A stretch of DNA of 24,000 nt, taken from NCBI GenBank assembly GCA_050014795.1, contig JBEKCQ010000055.1, forward strand, positions 1-24,000, written 5' to 3'. Positions 16,631-23,806 of this stretch are shown here, piece by piece. Source of the stretch: Terriglobia bacterium (GTDB lineage: Bacteria; Acidobacteriota; Terriglobia; UBA7540). The notes beneath the pieces were generated by a model. It worked only from the letters and a program-made list of their open reading frames with translations. It was not told the origin of the DNA and searched no databases. Numbering within the stretch: the stretch's first letter is position 1; each line of letters starts with the position of its first letter. The translations under genes and the position numbers were made by a program.

Positions 16631-17099
16631 GGCTCACGCAAAGTTCCTGCAAATAGCTAAGCGCGTGAGTTTAGGGTCGAACTGTGTGCGTGGCCAAGTT
16701 GGAGTCGTGCTTGTCCAGGGGGGCAAGATTGTTTCGACGGGCTGGAACGGGGTGCCGACATCATTTCGCGATTGCCTTTCCGCAGGCTGTCCGCGATGCA
16801 AGCACCGGACTTCCACGGGAAGAGGGTATGACCGGTGTATCTGCGTCCACGCTGAACAGAGCGCCATTGCTACGGCTGCCCGCAACGGAATTCCTCTGAG
16901 GAGTGCAACAATGTATGTGAATCTCCGCCCTTGCCTTGGGTGCCTGAATCTGGCACTCACAGCCGGTGTTCGGAAAATCGTCTATGAAGTATCATGGACA
17001 TATCCAAGCAACATAGAGGCAGCCTATGAGAGGATTGCCAAAAGGCTGTCGTCTTTCCTTCGCGTCGATTCTCGTCGGAATAAGGCTGGAATTCGATGA
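16602..17099 (+). CDS. dCMP deaminase (ComEB / deoxycytidylate deaminase family, zinc-dependent)
   Basis: CVHAEQSAI (HAE) and RPCLGC (PCxxC) zinc motifs, plus an upstream Cys cluster CLSAGCPRCKH typical of dCMP deaminases. It is a single 165-aa domain. The start (GTG 16602 or ATG 16608) overlaps the 3' end of the ThyA-like gene. Confidence 0.85.
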   Translation: MPMRRIIQIEAHAKFLQIAKRVSLGSNCVRGQVGVVLVQGGKIVSTGWNGVPTSFRDCLSAGCPRCKHRTSTGRGYDRCICVHAEQSAIATAARNGIPLRSATMYVNLRPCLGCLNLALTAGVRKIVYEVSWTYPSNIEAAYERIAKRLSSFLRVDSRRNKAGIR

Positions 17100-17230
17100 T
17101 TGCAGCCGTCCGGTGAACCCACCTTCCGCGTTAAGAATTACACCTGATAGTTTCCCGGAGACGTGCATGACATGCGGCTTGTGCGCTGAGCGCCCACGTC
17201 ATGGTGGTCGGTTCGGTTGCCCTTCTGGTC

Positions 17231-17527
17231 TCAATTCGTTAGATGGCTGCCTACATCGGCGTTCTGTGCGAAGGCCTGCTTGTGGTGAAATGCCCGCCTG
17301 AATGCTTCGAGCTTCCGGATTGCGTCCCGCCGGTACTCGTCGATGACCTTGGCGTACGTCTGCAAGATGCCAGCAGATGAGTGCCCCATCATTTGAGCCA
17401 CGAAGAGATCCGGCGTCCCTGAAGCACTCAGCCTGCTGGCCACTGTGGCTTGGAGGTTGTGGCTAGCGTTGATGCCGCCCCTACTGGCGGCCGTCGCCCA
17501 TCTTACTGTGACTGGGACGACGTGTAG
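17231..17527 (-). pseudogene. tyrosine recombinase 3' remnant (C-terminal ~98 codons only)
   Basis: The reverse strand reads ...INASHNLQATVASRLSASGTPDLFVAQMMGHSSAGILQTYAKVIDEY.... This is a degenerate HxLRHT box (SHNLQAT) followed by the GHSS...Y catalytic-Tyr box. An in-frame stop at 17528-17530 bounds the frame, and no N-terminal two-thirds exists before the next gene. Confidence 0.65.
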
Positions 17528-17686
17528 TCAGGGGCACATTAGGTGCCGGCATCGGCTAGCGGCTTCGATGGCTTCCCTCTTAACTCAAAGCAACAAAAGG
17601 TGTTATGCGCCAACCAAGGGCGGGCGCTACCCTGCCTAGGTAGCGGGCAGCGCTTTTCCCCGGTGTTGCGGCCCAAACCTAACCCT

Positions 17687-18811
17687 TTATTGTACAACAA
17701 GTTGCGGCCTTCTTTCCTGCCCGCCAATTCCAGATTGGAGGGCAGTTGTAGCGGCTTTTGTAGCGGGTTCAGCCACTTTCCCAGGTGCCAGAATCAGTTC
17801 TACGGCCTTTCTTTTCAATTCGTTAGCGGGGTGCATGTAGCGGCGTGTCATCACAATTGACGCGTGCCCCGCCAGTTCTTGAATCACTGCCAGCGGCACA
17901 CCGGCGTCACTGAGACGCGAGCAAAAGGTGTGGCGCAGCTGGTGAAAAGTGATATGCGGAATTTCGGCAATCTTAACCGCCCGGCAGAAGGAATGTTTGA
18001 TATCTCCAACATGCTCCTTGGAGTTCTTTGGTGAAGGGAACACCCACTCGCCCTCGACCTCTTCGCGCCACTGTTGCAGCGTTGCGCGCAGCACCGCGTT
18101 CACGTACATCACCCGCCCTTGGCCTGCCCTGGTCTTCGACTTCCGCACGATCAGAATGCCGTTGTCCAGGTCGATGTCGGCCCAGCGTAGTCGAAGGATT
18201 TCGCCGCGCCGGAGGCCCGTATACACGGCCACCAAGATAATCGGCTTCAGGTGCGGTGCGAGGAAATGCAGTTCCGGGTGGTCACAGGCCTGCAGGAGCT
18301 TCGCCTCTTCCTCATACGAAAGGACGCGCTCGACTGGCGGTCCGTCCAGCTTGAATAGTTTGGCGTCACGGGCGCCGTTGGTTTCGACCAACTCCCACTT
18401 CACCGCCGTGCTCAGCATGCTTTTGACCAGGCCGACCTCACGGTTGATTGAAGATTTCTTCAAGCCCGCGTCCAGGCGCTTCTGCTTGAATTTCTCCACG
18501 GTGTAAGCTGAGATTTCATTCAACCTGTACCGCCCGAGGAACGGAACCAAGGCACGCGGGACGTAGTACCTTTCTACCGTGAAGGCCGGTTTGTTGGCTT
18601 CGCTGTATTTCAGGTAGCGAGCGGCAAAGTCAGAAAACTTCGGATTCTCCTTCTTCGCCAGGCCGTGTTTCCCAAGGGCCAGCTGGGCCTTGTGAACCGA
18701 CTCAATCCTGAGTGCCATCTTGCGGCTTGTCAGTTTCGTTGGCCGCTGGATATGCTGGCCTTCGAACCAGAAGTGGTACCACCAGACTCCCCCGCGCTTG
18801 TAGATGCTCAT
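17687..18811 (-). CDS. int: site-specific tyrosine integrase
   Basis: MSIYKRGGVWWYHFWFEGQ N-terminus, Arg box GLRRGEILRLRW, HQLRHTFCSRL, and LAGHASIVMTRRYMH (catalytic Tyr). The ATG 18811 is preceded by GAGGGAGAAG. Confidence 0.9.
   Translation of the reverse strand: MSIYKRGGVWWYHFWFEGQHIQRPTKLTSRKMALRIESVHKAQLALGKHGLAKKENPKFSDFAARYLKYSEANKPAFTVERYYVPRALVPFLGRYRLNEISAYTVEKFKQKRLDAGLKKSSINREVGLVKSMLSTAVKWELVETNGARDAKLFKLDGPPVERVLSYEEEAKLLQACDHPELHFLAPHLKPIILVAVYTGLRRGEILRLRWADIDLDNGILIVRKSKTRAGQGRVMYVNAVLRATLQQWREEVEGEWVFPSPKNSKEHVGDIKHSFCRAVKIAEIPHITFHQLRHTFCSRLSDAGVPLAVIQELAGHASIVMTRRYMHPANELKRKAVELILAPGKVAEPATKAATTALQSGIGGQERRPQLVVQ
17747..17768 (+). repeat. 22-nt motif TGTAGCGG-CTTT-TGTAGCGGGT, copy 2 (inside the integrase 3' coding end)
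   Basis: Matches 8589-8610 at 18 of 22 positions. On the reverse strand it encodes PATKAATT, about 20 codons before the int stop. Confidence 0.5.
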
Positions 18812-18995
18812 TTTCTTCTCCCTCAACGGGCTGACGATGCTGATCGACGAATTCCTCCAGGTCACTTTCGCGGAATCGCACCAGGCGGCCAATCTTGCGG
18901 TGGGAAATCCGCCTCTGGGCGACCCAGAGGTAGAGCGTTTGCGGTTTCACCCCCAGCTTGGCGGCGGCTTCTGCAATGGTTAGAAGCTTTTCCAT
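18702..18995 (-). CDS. xis: excisionase / HTH_17 (MerR-like) DNA-binding protein
   Basis: MEKLLTIAEAAAKLGVKPQTLYLWVAQRRISHRKIGRLVRFRESDLEEFV is a typical excisionase-family HTH. The ATG 18995 is preceded by GGGGGTGGG. The reading frame continues 110 nt past the int start. Confidence 0.75.
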   Translation of the reverse strand: MEKLLTIAEAAAKLGVKPQTLYLWVAQRRISHRKIGRLVRFRESDLEEFVDQHRQPVEGEENEHLQARGSLVVPLLVRRPAYPAANETDKPQDGTQD

Positions 18996-19250
18996 TGCCC
19001 ACCCCCAAGGGTTCTGCGCCCCACACGCCCCTGGGCAAAGCCCCCTAGCACCCCGCCAGGGGCAACACCCGGCCCGCCAGCACCCCCCGGCAGGGGTTGG
19101 CTTGGCCCCAGAATCAGCGGCGCCGTGGGCCGCATTTGGCCGCCAAGGCCCCTGCAAGCCGTGGGCTGCTGCCCCCGCAGCCACAGCAACGGGAAACTGC
19201 CCCAGCGGGTCTGCAAGCGGCATTTTCGGGCATTCGGCTTGGGCCATATA

Positions 19251-19295
19251 CCACTGCTAAATATAGCACATTTTGTGCTGTTTATAAAGCAGTGG
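19251..19295. promoter_or_regulatory. imperfect 45-nt palindrome upstream of the xis-int leader
   Basis: CCACTGCT (19251-19258) pairs with AGCAGTGG (19288-19295). There is an inner AGCAC/GTGCT pair around TTTT. It sits at the sharp boundary between a G/C-rich leader and an AT-rich spacer. Confidence 0.35.
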
Positions 19296-19529
19296 ATAGC
19301 AGTTTCTTTACTAGTATGACATTTTGACCCTTCGGTCATTTTGCCCGTTTGAATAACCACCAATGAATCCCCGAATCCGTTTATGATTTTCCCCTTTAGG
19401 GATTTGCGTTCCAATCGACACCTCCTCTGCCTCAGCTGTTGGTCAAACTACCTGTTGCTCTAGCAGCCTGACCACAGGCTATGGGCATCGTAGGCGAGCG
19501 GTTTTGCAGGGTACAGGCAATGAATGGGG

Positions 19530-20447
19530 CTAATTCTTGAAGGTGACTTGGGAGCGGGCTTTTCGGGCTCGTCTAATCCCCTTCTCAATCGTGTTGTATT
19601 CATGGCGTCGCTCCAAGGCGAGGAGCGCCGTAGCGAGGTGTTTGGGTTGCCAGGTCTCTGGCTTTTCCCACGATGCAGCCACGTCCTGCCTGCCGTAAAG
19701 AATCTCAGCGAACGCTTCACCTCCGAGTATGTATGACCCTCCCCGCATTCGGGACACCTGCTTCCACAATCTCTCTCGAACGCTTTTTAGCACTCCGGCC
19801 TTGGTGACGGCTTTGGACTTCTCTTGTTCAATCGCAGCTCTGACGACATTGTGAAGGTTTAGGCATTCGGCGACCAGAACCTTGAACCTTCTCATCAGCC
19901 ACTTGTCTTCCTCGCTTCCCCTGCGCCGCCCTTTGGGTCGCTTAGGGGAAGCCTTCCATCCTTCAAATATTTCCACGAACTCCTCATCGAATTTAGGGTG
20001 ATGAAACTGGTCGCAGTAAAGAACCTGGAGCACGTTTTTCCAAGTCTGCGCGTAGGCAGCGTATCCGACCGTTACCAGTTGGGACCAAATGGTGTCTTCA
20101 CCGGCAGCCGGGACCTCCCACAAAGCTTCTTGAAACATGTCTGCCAGGTTTATCCCGAGGCCAGATGGAAGGGCCTTGTTCGTCTTAGCGATCTGCGGTG
20201 GAGGCGCTGGGAATGTCATCACGATTTGCACGACACGATGTCTATCGCGCAATGAGAGCTGCGGGGGCGGACATTCGCTCACAAGCCAATTGCGGAGTTC
20301 GGCCTCTATCGAGCGTGGAAACCTCATCGGTACTCCTAGGTCCTTGCGCCACGCTTGCTGCATTTCGGCGTCTGGACCACGCCACTTTTTGCCCCGAGGT
20401 TCTTTCTCCTGCTCGTGATTGGCCTTTGAATCTAGTGGCTCTGCCAT
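19530..20447 (-). CDS. hypothetical protein (305 aa)
   Basis: Long ORF with ordinary amino-acid composition, on the same strand as xis-int and divergent from the primase gene. I recognise no motif. Confidence 0.6.
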   Translation of the reverse strand: MAEPLDSKANHEQEKEPRGKKWRGPDAEMQQAWRKDLGVPMRFPRSIEAELRNWLVSECPPPQLSLRDRHRVVQIVMTFPAPPPQIAKTNKALPSGLGINLADMFQEALWEVPAAGEDTIWSQLVTVGYAAYAQTWKNVLQVLYCDQFHHPKFDEEFVEIFEGWKASPKRPKGRRRGSEEDKWLMRRFKVLVAECLNLHNVVRAAIEQEKSKAVTKAGVLKSVRERLWKQVSRMRGGSYILGGEAFAEILYGRQDVAASWEKPETWQPKHLATALLALERRHEYNTIEKGIRRARKARSQVTFKN

Positions 20448-20746
20448 GACGAATCCCCCTCCACAAGATGTGCTGTTTGGAGTCTACACGAGACGAGAAC
20501 GATTCGGCACTGCTCCCTGCTAGGTGCGAAATGCAGGGCATGTTTTGACCCCATTACGTGAATTCACGCCTTTCCCCCCCTCTGATATTCCTCCTCATGG
20601 CAAGAACATTTCTCGAGTAGGCGAGACAGTTCTTCGGCCGAAAGTAAATTGAATTGGAAGCGGCGCCAGGCAGCGCCGGCAGTTTTTCCCACCTCCTGGG
20701 TTCTGCCACGCTGCCTGGCGTCGGCCAAAAAACTCAGGAGGGGTTC

Positions 20747-23122
20747 ATGCGTAGACCAACTTCAACGGAAGTGGCAGCTTTCCGCTCGCTCTTTGTGGCT
20801 CGACCTGACGCCTATGTCCTGTGGCGGGCCGGAAATCCCGTGGCCGTACACCGCCCACTGGACAAGCAGGTCTTGGAGGGTCATTTAGCGGGCGATGGCC
20901 GGGTGGGCACGTATCTGCTTCTGCGAGGAAACCTGACGCCGTTCCTGGTTTTCGATCTCGATGAGCCGAACAAAAGTCTGGTGCTGAAGATACGGAAGCG
21001 CCTCAAGCGACATCGCATACCCGCATATGTTGAGCGGTCGAAATCCAAGGGTTTCCACATCTGGGTATTCTTCGAAAAACCGCTTCACGCGAAATTGGCG
21101 CGCCGGTTCGCGAGCGCCTTGATCGCTGACCTAGGCAACACGAAAATCGAGATTTTCCCAAAACAGGATTGCGTTCCGAAGGAAGGGCTGGGCAATTGCA
21201 TTTGGCTGCCGTTGCATTCGCCGGACGTTGTCAGACGGCGCACAGTCTTTCTCGACAGCAACTTCCATTCGATTCCCGATCAATGGGGCTTCCTGGCTGA
21301 AGTGCGGCGCGTGGGGGAAAGGCGAGTCCGGCGGGCTTTGGAAACAATGGCGCTGGAGGCGCCAGCGAACAGCAGCCCAGCTTCCAATCAGATCCAGCGG
21401 TTTCCCAGAACGAAGCAGTTCCCGCGACTCCGGAATCATGCGCCCAAACTGGCTCCTTGTGCTCAGGCGATACTGCTGCAAGGGGCTGACGAGGGCAATC
21501 GAAATGTGGCCCTGTTTACACTCGCGAAACATCTGCGGGGCGCCAGCTTAGACCAAGCCGCCGCCGGAGAGTTGGTACGCGCTGCCAACATGAACTGCCG
21601 CCCTCCCTTGTCGGAGCAAGAGGTCCGGGGCATCATTCAATCAGTTTTCGCCAAAGGCTACACATCACTCGGCTGTGACAAGCCGTTCATCGCCTCCCTG
21701 TGCAGTGACCAGTGTCCCGTGAAAAGAGCCAATGAGAAAAGGGTTGGGACGTCTGCAATTCGGATTCTCGACCAGGCCGAAGCTCGGCCGCGTATTCATC
21801 CTTCGCAGGCTTATGTGGACGGGAAGTTGTGGTACGGCTTGAACGCCGGGAGAGAGGAGGTGTGGGTAAACAGCGACAGGCAGGCCAATTCAATGGAAGA
21901 AATGCTCGATAGGTTCACCTTGGAGAGAAAGCCCACCAAGATGAGGTGGAGCACGGCCGGCGTCAAGAGGTTCCTGCGGGAAAGCGGGTCCGTCAGCCCA
22001 GCTGAACTCTTCTTGAAGATACGCGGCTTGCTGGAGGATCACATTCGCTTTCGGTCCCGCTGGCAGCCCACACTAGTTGCCCTGTGGACGATGGGGACAT
22101 ACGTCCATCAGGCCTTTGCGTATTATGGCTACCTCTGGCTAACATCGCCGGGACGCCGTTCGGGCAAATCTCTACTGCTGGAGATCATTTCTTGCCTTGC
22201 CTATAACGCGACGCCGGTGATGACAGACCCCTCCGAGGCTTCGCTTTACCGGGATACCGCAGCCAACTCTAGCACGCAGGTCCTGGACGAGGTCGAATCG
22301 CTCCGGCGGGCCGATCAGGAGAAGCACTCTGGTTTGATGGCCATGCTCAACTGCGGGTTCAAGGCAGGCGCAAAAGTACCCCGGTTTGACATCAGTACAA
22401 ATCGCGTGGAGGACCTCGACGCCTACTGCCCTCGAGCGTTAGCCGGAATTAGTCGCCTGCATCCAGTCCTAGCTGATCGGTGTTTTAAGATATTCCTGAA
22501 GCGCAAGAGGCCGGACGACAAGGTCAAACGCTTTTCCGAGAGAAGATTGGCTTCAAAGCTCCAGGGGATGCGTGACGACCTGCATGTGTTTGGTCTGCTC
22601 TATGCACCCCCCGTTGGGGAACGCTACGACGAATCTGATTCTCTAGTCTTGCCACCCGAAGTCGATGACCGTGCGCGGGATATATTGGAACCGCTGTTCG
22701 CCATTGCCTGGGTCGTCGACAATGCAGGTCCTGAGCTGGCTATAGCGGAGGTTCTGACGGTAGCCGCCAGGGCTATTGCGCGGGATCGCGCAAGTGATGA
22801 AGGCGAAGATGAAGAGATAACTGCGGCGCTGGAGATCCTGGTGCAGGACTATCCCGAAGGCAAAGACAAGTGGATTCTGAGATCCGACAGGGCGGTAGGA
22901 ATTTTCAAGAGTCATGAGTCGCTGGAATGGATGGAGTACCCTCGACAGGCTGCGAACCTATTGCGCCGCCTGGGCTTCAGGTCAGCACCGCACCGAATCG
23001 GGCGAAAGGTAACACGCGGCTACCAAATCCGCAGGCATGTCTTGATCGACATGTGCAAGTGCTATGGCGTGAACTTGGCTAATTCTCAAAATGAGGCGTT
23101 ACCGGCGTTACAGGCGCGGTAG
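20747..23122 (+). CDS. replication protein: archaeo-eukaryotic primase (prim-pol) domain + PriCT-like + DUF3631-like P-loop C-terminal domain
   Basis: AEP motifs LVFDLDEP (DxD), SKGFHIWVFF (sxH) and EIFPKQD. PriCT-like NRNVALFTLAKHL...SEQEVRGIIQSV. C-terminal SPGRRSGKSLLLE (P-loop-like) and QVLDEVESL (Walker B-like). The ATG 20747 is preceded by AGGAGG. Confidence 0.85.
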   Translation: MRRPTSTEVAAFRSLFVARPDAYVLWRAGNPVAVHRPLDKQVLEGHLAGDGRVGTYLLLRGNLTPFLVFDLDEPNKSLVLKIRKRLKRHRIPAYVERSKSKGFHIWVFFEKPLHAKLARRFASALIADLGNTKIEIFPKQDCVPKEGLGNCIWLPLHSPDVVRRRTVFLDSNFHSIPDQWGFLAEVRRVGERRVRRALETMALEAPANSSPASNQIQRFPRTKQFPRLRNHAPKLAPCAQAILLQGADEGNRNVALFTLAKHLRGASLDQAAAGELVRAANMNCRPPLSEQEVRGIIQSVFAKGYTSLGCDKPFIASLCSDQCPVKRANEKRVGTSAIRILDQAEARPRIHPSQAYVDGKLWYGLNAGREEVWVNSDRQANSMEEMLDRFTLERKPTKMRWSTAGVKRFLRESGSVSPAELFLKIRGLLEDHIRFRSRWQPTLVALWTMGTYVHQAFAYYGYLWLTSPGRRSGKSLLLEIISCLAYNATPVMTDPSEASLYRDTAANSSTQVLDEVESLRRADQEKHSGLMAMLNCGFKAGAKVPRFDISTNRVEDLDAYCPRALAGISRLHPVLADRCFKIFLKRKRPDDKVKRFSERRLASKLQGMRDDLHVFGLLYAPPVGERYDESDSLVLPPEVDDRARDILEPLFAIAWVVDNAGPELAIAEVLTVAARAIARDRASDEGEDEEITAALEILVQDYPEGKDKWILRSDRAVGIFKSHESLEWMEYPRQAANLLRRLGFRSAPHRIGRKVTRGYQIRRHVLIDMCKCYGVNLANSQNEALPALQAR

Positions 23123-23329
23123 AAATAGTTGATTTCCAGTACTAGACGAAGCGTTACGGCCTTGGGCTGTGACGCATGACTTAGGCGGCCAAAACACCTT
23201 GTTTCCTGCAATCGTAACGCTGGTAACGGTTGAATGCCGGCCAGCGCGGGGCGCAGGGGGAAGCAATGCGCCAACGATTGGCTCAATTCGTAGCCAAGAA
23301 TGTTCCTTTGGTCTTGAAGGGGGTGGACA

Positions 23330-23806
23330 ATGTATCGTTTCAAATCCGGACAATTCAAAAACATGCGCATCGAATTCGTTATGCTTCGGTACGCCCCCGC
23401 TCTCTATAGACTGGTAGAATGGGCTGAGGACAAGCCACATCTGGCACGAATAGTGGCAGACTTCAACAGACTGAGGGCAGCATTGCGTCACGCACCGGTC
23501 CGTGTCGCATGCGCTGGCAGAAACTGTGAACGTGAGCCAAAGTGGATGACATTGCCGCTGGACTACAACTACGATCTGTTGCCGTCCCCATACTTCTGGT
23601 GCGATAAGCATGCCCCCGCAGAAGACGTAACGGGCATCACGCAAAAACTGGAGATTCACTTTGATGTTCAACGGCTCTACCCGGCGAAGCGAGACCGAAG
23701 CGCTATCCATCACTCCGTCTTGAGGGCGCTGGGAATCAAGAAAGCGAGCAGGGTGACAGAACAGTTCGCTCTCAAGTTCTTCTGCAGACTTTCGCATTTC
23801 TTTTAG
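23330..23806 (+). CDS. hypothetical protein (158 aa), Cys/His-containing
   Basis: The ATG is preceded by GGGGGTGGACA, almost the same RBS context as xis. The composition is more protein-like than the overlapping 244-aa antisense ORF. It contains CAGRNC...WCDKH. Confidence 0.45.
   Translation: MYRFKSGQFKNMRIEFVMLRYAPALYRLVEWAEDKPHLARIVADFNRLRAALRHAPVRVACAGRNCEREPKWMTLPLDYNYDLLPSPYFWCDKHAPAEDVTGITQKLEIHFDVQRLYPAKRDRSAIHHSVLRALGIKKASRVTEQFALKFFCRLSHFF

Larger units (their letters stand above)
8572..17686. mobile_element. genomic island segment 1 at the tRNA-Val 3' end (low-GC cargo, decayed integrase at its right edge)
   Basis: Abrupt composition drop immediately after the tRNA. The cargo is R-M or defence-like genes and ends with an integrase remnant at 17231-17527. 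I could not define exact att boundaries. Confidence 0.6.

Noticed and set aside
16602-17099. Possibility that the deaminase is the already described anti-phage dCTP deaminase or AvcD type.
   Set aside because: Those are, as I recall, larger proteins with an N-terminal kinase or P-loop-like domain fused to the deaminase. This is a 165-aa single ComEB-type domain, so any defence role would have to come from the operon as a whole.
17625-17657. Hairpin CGCTACC-N7-GGTAGCG followed by GGCAGCGCTTTT, a possible terminator between the integrase remnant and int.
   Set aside because: The stem is short with alternative pairings. The T-run is on the plus strand, where no nearby gene ends, and there is no T-run in the int direction. 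It is too weak to call.
17949-18506. 185-aa plus-strand ORF inside the integrase gene.
   Set aside because: It is antisense to a well-supported integrase and has a low-complexity Ser/Arg-rich translation.
18996-19247. N-terminal 84-codon extension of the xis ORF (track ORF 18702-19247).
   Set aside because: The translation is Gly/Ala/Pro/Trp/Cys low-complexity. The HTH begins right after the internal Met, which has its own GGGGGTGGG RBS. I treat the region as a leader rather than coding.
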